64,000 nt of DNA from a bacterium (GTDB lineage Bacteria > Patescibacteriota > Patescibacteriia > Patescibacteriales > UBA12465), in NCBI GenBank assembly GCA_030696105.1, contig JAUYNJ010000005.1:13678-77677 (forward strand), read 5' to 3'. Under the pieces are notes generated by a model, which was not told the origin of the DNA, did no database searches, and was given only the letters and a program-made list of their open reading frames with translations. Shown here in pieces: positions 1 to 9,015 of this stretch. The position numbers and the translations under genes were made by a program. Every line of letters starts with the position of its first letter. Within the stretch, counting starts at the first letter, position 1.

Positions 1-195
1 GCTATTTCAATTCTGAGCGATGAGCTTATCAGGAAGAGTATTGATGAAATTATGAAGATGGAAGTTACTGACATCGCGCCATATCTCGGCATAGAAATCA
101 GTCCGCGGCGACAGCGTTGTGCGCACCTTGGTCTGCGCGCTATTCAAGGCGCCTTAAAGCAATTAAACACGCAAGTGTCAGCTATAAGCGTTTAA
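1..195 (+). CDS. Fe-S cluster scaffold protein, SufU/IscU/NifU type (C-terminal fragment, 5' end outside window)
   Basis: Frame 1 is open from base 1 to TAA at 193-195. The translation ...GIEISPRRQRCAHLGLRAIQGALKQL carries the conserved C-terminal P-x-R-x-x-C-A-x-L cysteine motif of SufU/IscU scaffolds. Confidence 0.55.
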   Translation, partial: AISILSDELIRKSIDEIMKMEVTDIAPYLGIEISPRRQRCAHLGLRAIQGALKQLNTQVSAISV

Positions 196-205
196 GCGAT
201 ATAGT

Positions 206-1966
206 TTAAGTGGCTTGATCTTCACTGAGACTGAGCCAGAGCTCTTCCTTATCGGCTATGCGTCGTTTGATGTCCTCTAACTCTTGCGCTTTTTCACTGC
301 TATAATTTTGATAATTCTCTAGAAAATAAGCGAGCAGTTCTTGTTTGTACGCATGTAACTTTGTCAGCTCTTTTTCAAGGGCGACAATTTGTTTTTGGCG
401 AGCGCGGTTTTCTTCGTAAAGCCGCCGGTCTTCAACTTTTGATTTAAGCGGGGCTGTATCTTCTTCCGCTTGTTTCCATAACTCTTTTTCTAAACGGACA
501 ACGTACTCGTTGTAGTCTTCATGGCGGCGCTTGGCGCTGCCATTTTTTATTTCCACAATCCCCGTCGCCAATAGACTTGAAAATGTGCGATCGTGACTCG
601 CAAAGAGTACTGTGCCAGCGTATCGTTGTAAGGCCTGACCGAGGGCTTCGGTAGTTTCAAAATCAAGATGACAGGTCGGCTCATCAAGGATAAGAATATC
701 GGGCTTTGATAATAATAGGGCAGCTAATAATATCCGAGAGCGTTCACCGCCTGATAAGACGCCAATCGGTTTTTTTAAATCTTCATCTCGAAATAGAAAA
801 TCTCCAGCCATCTTCAAGACCGCTTCCGTTTTCACCTCCGCCGAAGCAGAGCTACGTAAAAAATCACCAGTCTGAACATTTACTGTCATCTGATCAATCT
901 CTTCTTGTCCGTGATAGGCGAGGCGGCTATTAGCCGCGAAGTGAAAGTCGCCACCGAGCGGATTAATGCGTCCAGCCAGGGTTTTAATTAAGGTTGTCTT
1001 ACCTTGTCCGTTTAAGCCGAGCAAGGCGAGTTTTTCACCCGAGCGGCAATCAAAATCAATCTCAGCAGCAACCGCTGTTTGATTGTAACCGATGGCAAGA
1101 TTATTTATCTTTAAGGCGAAGTTTGTGCGTTTCGGTACGGGTGGGATGTTAATGCGAGTAATACCAGCTTGATGCTCGATGGTAATTCGTTTTTCTTCCA
1201 ACTTACTAATTTTGCGAATAAGCGCCTGTGCTTGTTTCGCCTTAGATGCTTTTGAGCGAAAGCGGTCAACAAACTCTTGCCAGTGCTCCTGCTGACGCTC
1301 AAGACTTTCGTTGGCTTTAATAAGTGTATTTAATTTTTGTTCTTTAAATTCAAGATAGGCCTCGATGTCTCCAGGGTAGTGGTAGCAGCCAGATTTTGAA
1401 ATTTCAATTGTTTCTTCGCAGGTGCGTTTTAGGAATTCGCGGTCATGAGAAATAATTAAAAAGCTGCCGCGGTATGAGCGTAGATAATTTTCAAGTAGTA
1501 GCAGTGTATTTAAATCTAAATAATTGCTCGGCTCGTCGAGCAAGAAAAGATTTGGCTCAGACAAGAGCATGCTTGTTAATTTTAAACGCATGCGCCAACC
1601 TCCTGATAAACTCGATGCTTCCTGAGACAGTTTCTCGGTCCCCAGTTCAAACTTACTCGCCACCTGACGCAGGCGCCATTCCGGCCTTCCGCTGTGGCGG
1701 TGTAAATATTGCAGGGCAGTTTCGCCCTCCTGCCAATCTTCTGTTTGTTTGAGATAACCGAGAGTCGTGTCGGCGTGAATTAAGATGTCGCCTGTGTCCG
1801 CTTCTTCTTCGCCACAAAGTATTTTGAATAATGTTGATTTGCCGGCACCGTTGCGACCGATGACGCCAATTTTTTGTTTCTCGGATACGCTAAAGGAAAG
1901 GTTGGAAAAAATTTTCTGACCGCCGTACTCCTTACTTAAGTTGTTTACCTGTAAGAGTATCTTCAT
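206..1966 (-). CDS. ABC-F family ATPase (two ABC cassettes, no membrane domain; Uup/EttA-like translation factor type)
   Basis: 586 aa. Two Walker A motifs (GRNGAGKST, GLNGQGKTT), two signatures (LSGGWRMR, LSGGERSR), two Walker B motifs (LLLDEP, LILDEP), a charged linker and a coiled-coil tail. Confidence 0.9.
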   Translation of the reverse strand: MKILLQVNNLSKEYGGQKIFSNLSFSVSEKQKIGVIGRNGAGKSTLFKILCGEEEADTGDILIHADTTLGYLKQTEDWQEGETALQYLHRHSGRPEWRLRQVASKFELGTEKLSQEASSLSGGWRMRLKLTSMLLSEPNLFLLDEPSNYLDLNTLLLLENYLRSYRGSFLIISHDREFLKRTCEETIEISKSGCYHYPGDIEAYLEFKEQKLNTLIKANESLERQQEHWQEFVDRFRSKASKAKQAQALIRKISKLEEKRITIEHQAGITRINIPPVPKRTNFALKINNLAIGYNQTAVAAEIDFDCRSGEKLALLGLNGQGKTTLIKTLAGRINPLGGDFHFAANSRLAYHGQEEIDQMTVNVQTGDFLRSSASAEVKTEAVLKMAGDFLFRDEDLKKPIGVLSGGERSRILLAALLLSKPDILILDEPTCHLDFETTEALGQALQRYAGTVLFASHDRTFSSLLATGIVEIKNGSAKRRHEDYNEYVVRLEKELWKQAEEDTAPLKSKVEDRRLYEENRARQKQIVALEKELTKLHAYKQELLAYFLENYQNYSSEKAQELEDIKRRIADKEELWLSLSEDQAT

Positions 1967-1969
1967 AAC

Positions 1970-2470
1970 TTACACCTCGATGCTGATAATCTTAATTATT
2001 TTTTCTTTACCGTTTACCTCAATTTTTATTTCGTCGCCTACTTTTTTATTAAGCAAAGCAGAGCCGAGCGGCGAGAGTAGGGAAATGACGCCAGTAGTCG
2101 GATCAGTTTCAGCGCCTCCGAGGATGGTATAAGTTTTTTCCTTGCCCGCGGTTTCAATAGTGACGCGATGTCCAGCCTTAACAGTGCTTGTATCAGCGTC
2201 GGGAATAACAATTTCGGCTCGTTTAAGTAAGTGCTCAATATCAAGCATGCGCTGGTTGAGACCGCGCAAACGACTCTTCGCCATTTGATAGCCCGCGTTT
2301 TCAGAAAAGTCGCCCATCTCCGCTAGGCGCTTTACTTCCGAGGCCTCCTGGGGGTGACGGGCTTTGAGGCGCGCTAATTTTTGCTCCAGACTGCGGAACT
2401 TTGCGGGGCTCAAATTGTAGTCTTTTGGGGCGCGGTCATTATTTTCACCGCGACGATGTGGTGTTTGCAT
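1970..2470 (-). CDS. greA: transcription elongation factor GreA
   Basis: 166 aa. N-terminal coiled coil with GDFSENAGYQMAK and a C-terminal FKBP-like domain (VTIE...TYTILG). Lies 3 nt upstream of the ABC-F gene. Confidence 0.9.
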   Translation of the reverse strand: MQTPHRRGENNDRAPKDYNLSPAKFRSLEQKLARLKARHPQEASEVKRLAEMGDFSENAGYQMAKSRLRGLNQRMLDIEHLLKRAEIVIPDADTSTVKAGHRVTIETAGKEKTYTILGGAETDPTTGVISLLSPLGSALLNKKVGDEIKIEVNGKEKIIKIISIEV

Positions 2471-2565
2471 ATATATGGATATTATCTATTTATCATAAGC
2501 TAAGGCCGAAATTAAAGCAAATATTAGGAATTTTTTAGCTAAAATAAGCAGGGGGAGGTAGAGTT

Positions 2566-2594
2566 TTGACTTTTTTTAAGCTTTCTGTTATAAT
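2566..2594 (+). promoter_or_regulatory. sigma-70 type promoter for the DEAD-box helicase gene
   Basis: TTGACT (2566-2571), exactly 17 nt spacer, TATAAT (2589-2594). Confidence 0.55.
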
Positions 2595-2646
2595 TCTCAC
2601 CAGATACATATAAAAAGCTTCTCCATCTATAAATCATTAATTTTAG

Positions 2647-2674
2647 AAGTGGCTGCTGACAGCCACTTGTTTTT
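2647..2674 (+). promoter_or_regulatory. terminator-like hairpin in the 5' leader, immediately before the helicase ATG
   Basis: Perfect 9-bp stem AAGTGGCTG/CAGCCACTT with loop CTGA, then G+TTTTT, then ATG at 2675. Confidence 0.5.
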
Positions 2675-4408
2675 ATGTCAAATATGGTCAACACCAAAAC
2701 GGGAGATATCACCGGCTTTTCTGATTTAGGCATCAAGGAAACGATCCTGAAAGTGATCGCAGATCTCGGTTTAACAACTCCCACCCCCATCCAGCATCAA
2801 GCGATTCCTGCCGCTCTTAGCGGCCAGGACATCGTCGGCATTGCTCAGACGGGCACCGGCAAGACTTTCGCCTTCGGCATTCCCATGCTACAGCGCCTTG
2901 CCTTAGTAAAAGGACGCGGCCTCGTGCTGCTGCCAACAAGAGAATTAGCAGGACAAGTTGAAAACAGCCTAGCTAAATTAGGCGGGCCCCTTGGTTTACG
3001 CACGGTTTCTTTAATCGGCGGAGAAGCGATTGGTCGCCAAATTTTCGGTTTAAGACGTCGTCCTCACATTCTCGTAGCGACCCCCGGACGCCTCATTGAT
3101 CACATCAAAAGAGGTACCGTCCGTCTCGATGATATTTCCGTGCTCGTCCTCGACGAAGCGGACATGATGTTCGACATGGGTTTTGCTCCGCAAATAGAAG
3201 AAGTCTTAAAAACAGTTCCGGCAAATCGCCAGACCCTATTGTTTTCGGCAACCATGCCGGCAGCAGTAATGAGACTCGCTGAAAAGCATTTACGTACGCC
3301 CATGCGCGTCGAGGTGTCTCCAGCTGGTAGTACCGCGGAATTAGTTGAGCAAGAAATCTACATTTTGCCTCGCGATAATCGCTACGATCAAGTGATAACA
3401 CTGTTAGGTGAGTATCGTTCTTCGGTTTTGATTTTTGTTCGTACTAAGCATGGTGCAACGAAACTCGCCAAGAAATTACAGCAAGCAGATTACAGTGCAG
3501 CTGAAATTCATTCCAATTTATCCTTTGCCCAAAGACAGGCCTCTTTAGCCGGCTTCAGAAGTGGTAAGCATCGCATTCTCGTCGCCACTGATGTGGCTGC
3601 TCGCGGCTTGGATATTAATGATATTGAGCTAGTCCTAAACTATGACTTGCCTGATAACTCAGAAGACTACGTGCACCGCATTGGTCGCACCGCTCGCGCC
3701 GGCAAGAAGGGTAAGGCAATTTCTTTTGCCGCTCCTGATCAACGTCGCGATATCATGAAGATTGAACAATTAATTAGAAAGACTCTGCCGGTCCGCAATA
3801 TTAAAAGCGGATTTGCAACTCAGTTCGCCCGTGGCAATAAAACCTTGCGTCCGACGCAGTTAGCCGGTGCTAAACCCTTCAAGAAATTTGAACGCCCGGT
3901 GAGTGAAGAAAGACGTAATAAACGGCAGCGCCCGGATGCAATCTCAGAGGTAAAGGGTAAGGATAATACACCCTTTGTGTTTGAAGCTCCTCGTCGCGTC
4001 AATAAGGCCGAAAGGAATTATAGTAGTCTCGGTTTCCGTAAGCGCCCTTCAAGTATTGATGTTCTTGCGACACCAGATTACTTACAGCCAAGTGGCAAGA
4101 CAAGTACTCGTCGTGAGTATAAGCCGTCAGTGATAAGCGGCGGCATGCCTGCTCCAGTGATGACTAACCCTGAGTTTGATGGCGGCAATCGTTTTGCCTT
4201 TCGCCGTAAAATGTTTAAGTTAAAAGAAGAGGCTAAGGGTCACGCTCGTCGTGTTCCTGGCGCCTACAAGTCTGCCGCTAAGCCGACTGCAAAAACAAGC
4301 CCTAGGCCCGATGCAAAACCAGCGGCCTTCCGCGCTGAAGCCCCGACTCGCACTCGTTCCGCCAGTTCTCATGGCGCTCATGTGCGTAGTTTCAAGGGTC
4401 GCGCTTAA
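2675..4408 (+). CDS. DEAD-box ATP-dependent RNA helicase with long basic C-terminal tail
   Basis: 577 aa. Motifs AQTGTGKT, DEAD, SAT and HRIGRTARAG. The last ~190 aa are Lys/Arg/Pro-rich low complexity. Confidence 0.92.
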   Translation: MSNMVNTKTGDITGFSDLGIKETILKVIADLGLTTPTPIQHQAIPAALSGQDIVGIAQTGTGKTFAFGIPMLQRLALVKGRGLVLLPTRELAGQVENSLAKLGGPLGLRTVSLIGGEAIGRQIFGLRRRPHILVATPGRLIDHIKRGTVRLDDISVLVLDEADMMFDMGFAPQIEEVLKTVPANRQTLLFSATMPAAVMRLAEKHLRTPMRVEVSPAGSTAELVEQEIYILPRDNRYDQVITLLGEYRSSVLIFVRTKHGATKLAKKLQQADYSAAEIHSNLSFAQRQASLAGFRSGKHRILVATDVAARGLDINDIELVLNYDLPDNSEDYVHRIGRTARAGKKGKAISFAAPDQRRDIMKIEQLIRKTLPVRNIKSGFATQFARGNKTLRPTQLAGAKPFKKFERPVSEERRNKRQRPDAISEVKGKDNTPFVFEAPRRVNKAERNYSSLGFRKRPSSIDVLATPDYLQPSGKTSTRREYKPSVISGGMPAPVMTNPEFDGGNRFAFRRKMFKLKEEAKGHARRVPGAYKSAAKPTAKTSPRPDAKPAAFRAEAPTRTRSASSHGAHVRSFKGRA

Positions 4409-4430
4409 TTAGATATTATTTTGCTTATAT

Positions 4431-4982
4431 ATGCCTTCCAGTATTCAATTCACTGAAGATATTGAAGTGCGTGAGCGTCGGGTCCGTCGGGCAAGACACT
4501 TGCGTTTAAGCATTGATGGGAGCGGTCGCGTTTTATTAACGCGGCCGTTTTGGGTTTCAAAGAAGGCAGCCTTATCTTTTTTAGAAGAAAAAAGGACTTG
4601 GCTTGAAGATCGCTGGCGCGAATTATCAACGAGGCCTGAATCAAATTTCAGACGCGGCGGACGGGCTGAGTACCTGCGAGATAAAGAAGCCACGAGAGCG
4701 CTTGTTGTTGATAGACTTAAGTATTTCAATCAATTTTACAATTACAAAATTTCACGCATCGCCATCCGCGACCAACGCACCCGCTGGGGCAGTTGTTCAA
4801 AGAGTGGTGGTCTTAACTTTAATTATCGTTTACTACACTTACCACCTGAATTAGCTGATTATGTTATCCTGCACGAGCTCTGTCATTTAGGCGAGCTTAA
4901 TCACAGTTACGCTTTTTGGGCCCTGATGCAAAAAGTGATGCCAGACTATCTACAAAGACGTCGCACTTTACGCCACGGCTAA
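4431..4982 (+). CDS. YgjP/DUF45-type zinc metallopeptidase-fold protein
   Basis: 183 aa. RWGSCSKSGGLNFNYRLL followed by the zinc motif HELCHLGELNHS. Confidence 0.8.
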   Translation: MPSSIQFTEDIEVRERRVRRARHLRLSIDGSGRVLLTRPFWVSKKAALSFLEEKRTWLEDRWRELSTRPESNFRRGGRAEYLRDKEATRALVVDRLKYFNQFYNYKISRIAIRDQRTRWGSCSKSGGLNFNYRLLHLPPELADYVILHELCHLGELNHSYAFWALMQKVMPDYLQRRRTLRHG

Positions 4983-4992
4983 GCGCTAAATG

Positions 4993-5021
4993 TTGACTTT
5001 GGGCAGTAAATATGGCATAAT
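4993..5021 (+). promoter_or_regulatory. sigma-70 type promoter for the exporter operon
   Basis: TTGACT (4993-4998), 17 nt spacer, CATAAT (5016-5021). Confidence 0.5.
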
Positions 5022-5094
5022 ACTACTTCTGTTCCCGTCTAAATTTATTACTGATATAATATAAATATTCATACATTATTATTTAAACCACTAT

Positions 5095-7023
5095 ATGAAA
5101 AGAAAACGCCGAATTATCATCGGATCCGTCATCGCCGTAGTAGTCATTCTCTTAATATGGCTATTAACCAAAGGCGAGGCTGCACCCGTTTACTCAACCG
5201 TTACGGTTGAAGCCGGACCACTTACGCAAACTGTAAGTGAGACCGGCACTGTTAAACCTGTTAAAGAGGTTGCTTTAAATTTTTTAACATCCGGACGTAT
5301 TAACGCCATGCCTGTGAAAATTGGTGACAAGGTTGTCGCTGGCACTGAGCTAGCTTCGCTAGACGATAGCGCGCTGCTGTCACGTCGGGCTGAAGCGGCA
5401 GCTGGATTACAAATCGCCCAAGCTTCCTTGTCTAAAATTTTAGCTGGTGCGAGCAGTGAGAATATTGCGGTTAGCCGTTCAAATTTAACCCAGGCGCAAT
5501 CTTCAGCAGCTTCCGCCAAAGTTGATTTAAACAATGTTAAAAGCACGGTGGCTGAGAATATTCGTCAGGCCCAGAAAGCGCTAGCTGATTTAGAATCAAA
5601 GGACCCTTCAACCCCAACGCCAGCGGAACAGGCTATCGCTTCAGCTCAGACCGCACTTGATAACGCTAAGCTGACTGGTGCGAAGAATGTTGAAAATGCT
5701 CGTAACTCCGCTACTCTTACTTTAGGTGATAAAATCTTGAGCGCTAAGATTGCGCTTGATAATATCAACACTATTTTAGAAGATGATGCCGCAAAGGACG
5801 TTTTAAGTGTTAAAAATAGTGCTTTACTCACTCGCACGAAAGATGCGCGCGCAGCGGCCTTAGCTCTTGTTGCTCCAGCTGAACAGGCTGTCGCCGCCGC
5901 TAAAGTCGCTGGCACTGAATCCTCAATTAATGACGCCGGTATCAAGGTTAAAGCCCTCTTGTTGGCAACCAACACTATGCTTGATGCTGCCTACGGCATG
6001 CTCGAAGCCACAATTACTAGCGTTGACTTTCCTCAATCCCGTCTTGATAGCTTCAAGACTTTAGTGAGTACACAGTCAGCACAGGTAAACGCTGCGTCAA
6101 ACGCCACTGAGGCTGCAGTTCAGGGTTTGCGTAATGCTATTCTCGCTAGTGCGACTGGTATTTCCTCCGCTGAAGAGGGTTTAAGACAAGCAGAAATTGG
6201 ACTTGATAATGCAATCATTGCTGCCCGCAATGCTTTAAGTAGCGCCCGCCTTGGTGGCGATCAACAAATCGCTGCTGCGCAGGCCCGCTCCGATAGCGCC
6301 GAACAATCGATTGCGGTTGCTCAGGCTCAACTCACCAGCACTATGGCTCCGGCACGTGCTCAAGATGTTTCACTTGCTCAAGCGCAAGTTACTCAAGCAC
6401 AAGCCGCTTTGGCTGGCATCGATCAGCAGTTAGCCGATAGTCGTTTAGTGGCGCCGCTTGATGGTATTGTCACTCAGGTAAATTACGAAGTTGGCGAACA
6501 GTTTGGTATGGGCGGAAAACCGGCCGTCTCAATTTTAGTAAATAACAGCTTTAACATTGAAGTCGATATTGCTGAATCAAATATCAGTAAGATTAAAGTT
6601 GGTGATCAGGCTGATGTCACTCTCGACGCGTTTCCTGATGACTTCATTTTAAAAGGTGTAGTCAGTTTTATCGAACCGGCCCAGACCTTGATTGCTGATA
6701 TTGTATATTACAAAGTAAAAATTGACTTCGCTGATTTGAGCACCACTTTAGCGCAACTTGAAACTCGCGCTTACGTCCTCAAAGCCGGCATGACGGCTAA
6801 CGTCGTCATTACAACTGACAGTCGAGCTGACACTATGTCTGTTCCGGCCCGCGCTATTATCGACAAGGACGGGCAAGCTATTGTTCGCTTGCTTGTAAAT
6901 AAAGAGTTAAAGGAAGTCCCGGTTGTTACCGGTTTGCGTGGCGATGAGGGTAAAGTCGAAATCTTAAGCGGCATTAAAGCCGGCGACGAAGTCATTACCT
7001 TTATTCAAAACGGAGATAAATAA
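5095..7023 (+). CDS. HlyD/MacA-family periplasmic adaptor with greatly expanded coiled-coil region
   Basis: 642 aa. N-terminal TM anchor, a lipoyl-like half (GRINAMPVKIGDKVVAG), ~360 aa of Ala/Ser/Gln-rich helix, the second lipoyl half (LVAPLDGIVTQVNYEVGE), then beta-barrel and MP domains. First gene of an ABC exporter operon. Confidence 0.8.
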   Translation: MKRKRRIIIGSVIAVVVILLIWLLTKGEAAPVYSTVTVEAGPLTQTVSETGTVKPVKEVALNFLTSGRINAMPVKIGDKVVAGTELASLDDSALLSRRAEAAAGLQIAQASLSKILAGASSENIAVSRSNLTQAQSSAASAKVDLNNVKSTVAENIRQAQKALADLESKDPSTPTPAEQAIASAQTALDNAKLTGAKNVENARNSATLTLGDKILSAKIALDNINTILEDDAAKDVLSVKNSALLTRTKDARAAALALVAPAEQAVAAAKVAGTESSINDAGIKVKALLLATNTMLDAAYGMLEATITSVDFPQSRLDSFKTLVSTQSAQVNAASNATEAAVQGLRNAILASATGISSAEEGLRQAEIGLDNAIIAARNALSSARLGGDQQIAAAQARSDSAEQSIAVAQAQLTSTMAPARAQDVSLAQAQVTQAQAALAGIDQQLADSRLVAPLDGIVTQVNYEVGEQFGMGGKPAVSILVNNSFNIEVDIAESNISKIKVGDQADVTLDAFPDDFILKGVVSFIEPAQTLIADIVYYKVKIDFADLSTTLAQLETRAYVLKAGMTANVVITTDSRADTMSVPARAIIDKDGQAIVRLLVNKELKEVPVVTGLRGDEGKVEILSGIKAGDEVITFIQNGDK

Positions 7024-7040
7024 GCAATAACGCAAATGAT

Positions 7041-7763
7041 ATGGCTAAGGCCTTGATTGAATTAAAAAATCTTAAAAAAACATATGTAACTGGCGATTTA
7101 GAAACCCCAGTGCTGAAAGATGTAAATTTTGAGATAAAGAAAGGTGAGTTTGTGGCCATCATGGGACCATCTGGCTCCGGGAAGTCGACTTTAATGCATA
7201 TTCTTGGGCTACTTGAACGTCCATCAGAGGGCACATATCTTTTTGCCGGCAAAGACATTAATACGCTTGATGATGAACAGCTCGCGCATATGCGCAATCA
7301 AGAAATCGGCTTCGTCTTTCAGGCCTTTAACTTGCTTGCTCGCACAAGTGTGATTGATAATGTAAAATTGCCGCTCATTTATTCGCAAGACAAAAAGAAC
7401 ATGGAGGGGCGCGCTAAAAAGGTTTTAGAAAGCGTTGGTCTCGGCCACCGTCTATCATATTTTACCAACCAGATATCTGGTGGTGAAAAACAGCGCGTGG
7501 CAATTGCTCGCGCCTTAGTTAATGAACCAGCCGTCATATTCGCCGATGAGCCTACCGGTAATCTTGATTCGAAGTCAGGTGTACAAGTGATGGAAATACT
7601 GCAGTCATTAAATAATGAGGGTAAGACGATTATCCTCGTTACGCACGAAACATTTACGGCCGAACACGCTCAGCGCATTATCCGTGTTCACGATGGCAAT
7701 ATTGTTGGCGATGAGATTGTGCCGAAACAACGCATCGCCAGTGACGGAGTATTCTTGAAATAA
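7041..7763 (+). CDS. MacB/LolD-type ABC transporter ATP-binding protein
   Basis: 240 aa. [24 protein letters not shown] and [11 protein letters not shown]. Confidence 0.92.
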   Translation: MAKALIELKNLKKTYVTGDLETPVLKDVNFEIKKGEFVAIMGPSGSGKSTLMHILGLLERPSEGTYLFAGKDINTLDDEQLAHMRNQEIGFVFQAFNLLARTSVIDNVKLPLIYSQDKKNMEGRAKKVLESVGLGHRLSYFTNQISGGEKQRVAIARALVNEPAVIFADEPTGNLDSKSGVQVMEILQSLNNEGKTIILVTHETFTAEHAQRIIRVHDGNIVGDEIVPKQRIASDGVFLK

Positions 7764-7767
7764 TTAA

Positions 7768-9015
7768 ATGTTAGAGAATCTAAAACAACTTCTGACGCTC
7801 GCTGTCCGGGCCTTGCTTAGCAATAAGACCCGGAGTTTTTTAACGATGCTCGGTATTATTATTGGTGTCGGCGCAGTTGTGATGATTATGGCGCTTGGTG
7901 CGGGTGCTCAGTCTTTGATTCTAGGACAGTTAGATGGATTTGGCAGTGATTTAATTGGGGTTTTGCCTGGGCAATCAGATGAAAAAGGACCGCCCGCCTC
8001 GGCTTTCGGTGTGACGATTACGACCTTAAAGAAATCAGACGCCGATGCTTTACGTGAACCACGCAATGTGCCGCACGCACAATATGTCGCCGCGATATAT
8101 GACGCCAGTGTGTCTTTATCTTGGCGTGATCAAAGTTACGACACTAATTTGCAAGGAGCCTCTGGTGATTATCTGGAAATTGACGGCGGTGAAATTGAAT
8201 TCGGACGTTTCTTTACTAAGGAGGAGCTAGATTCAAATTTACGCCTAGTCGTTCTTGGCAGCACCGTGGCCGAAGAATTGTTTGGCGAGAATAATCCCAT
8301 CGGTCAAAGGATAAGGGTTAAGAATCAGACTGTCAGTGTTATTGGTGTTATGAAAGAGAGAGGACAGGTCGCTTTTCAAGATAATGATGACATTGTCATT
8401 TCTCCGCTTTTATTTGCTCAACGAGAAATTGCTGGGGTAAATTACCTGAGTTCAATTTCTATTAAGGTGAATAGTCCTGAAAACATCGACGAAAGCATGG
8501 AGATGATTCGGATGACTCTGCGCGAGCGACATGATATCGATAGTCCGGCTGATGATGATTTTTCGGTGCGTAGCATCCAGGATGCTTTAGACCTTGTTAC
8601 TAGCATTACCGACGCACTGCGTTATTTCTTAGCTGCTATGGCCGCCTTATCATTACTCGTTGGTGGTATTGGTATTATGAATATTATGCTTGTCGGTGTT
8701 ACCGAGCGCACCCGCGAAATTGGCTTACGTAAAGCGATTGGCGCAACGAGACGTCAGGTCTTAACTCAGTTCTTATTAGAAGCCATCGCCTTAACCTTAT
8801 TTGGCGGAATCATCGGCTTAATCAGTGGCGCCGCCTTTTCGTATTTAGTGGCAATTATTGTCCGCTCGCTTGATTATAGATGGGATTTTGTAATATCAGC
8901 CTATTCAATTATTATTGCGGTGGGGCTTTCAACTCTTATCGGCGTTATTTTTGGCTATTACCCTGCTTGGCGCGCTAGTCGTCTAAGTCCAATTGAAGCT
9001 TTACGATATGAATGA
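7768..9015 (+). CDS. MacB/FtsX-family ABC transporter permease (paralogue 1)
   Basis: 415 aa. N-terminal TM, large extracytoplasmic domain and a C-terminal FtsX module (LVGGIGIMNIMLVGVTERTREIGLRKAIGA). Confidence 0.88.
   Translation: MLENLKQLLTLAVRALLSNKTRSFLTMLGIIIGVGAVVMIMALGAGAQSLILGQLDGFGSDLIGVLPGQSDEKGPPASAFGVTITTLKKSDADALREPRNVPHAQYVAAIYDASVSLSWRDQSYDTNLQGASGDYLEIDGGEIEFGRFFTKEELDSNLRLVVLGSTVAEELFGENNPIGQRIRVKNQTVSVIGVMKERGQVAFQDNDDIVISPLLFAQREIAGVNYLSSISIKVNSPENIDESMEMIRMTLRERHDIDSPADDDFSVRSIQDALDLVTSITDALRYFLAAMAALSLLVGGIGIMNIMLVGVTERTREIGLRKAIGATRRQVLTQFLLEAIALTLFGGIIGLISGAAFSYLVAIIVRSLDYRWDFVISAYSIIIAVGLSTLIGVIFGYYPAWRASRLSPIEALRYE

Noticed and set aside
2566-2613. Small ORFs in intergenic regions: a 15-codon TTG ORF after GGAGG at 2554-2558, a 28-codon ORF at 53625-53711, and a 13-codon ORF at 63437-63478
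   Set aside because: They overlap predicted promoter elements, have no conservation evidence available to me, and are within chance expectation for AT-rich spacers.
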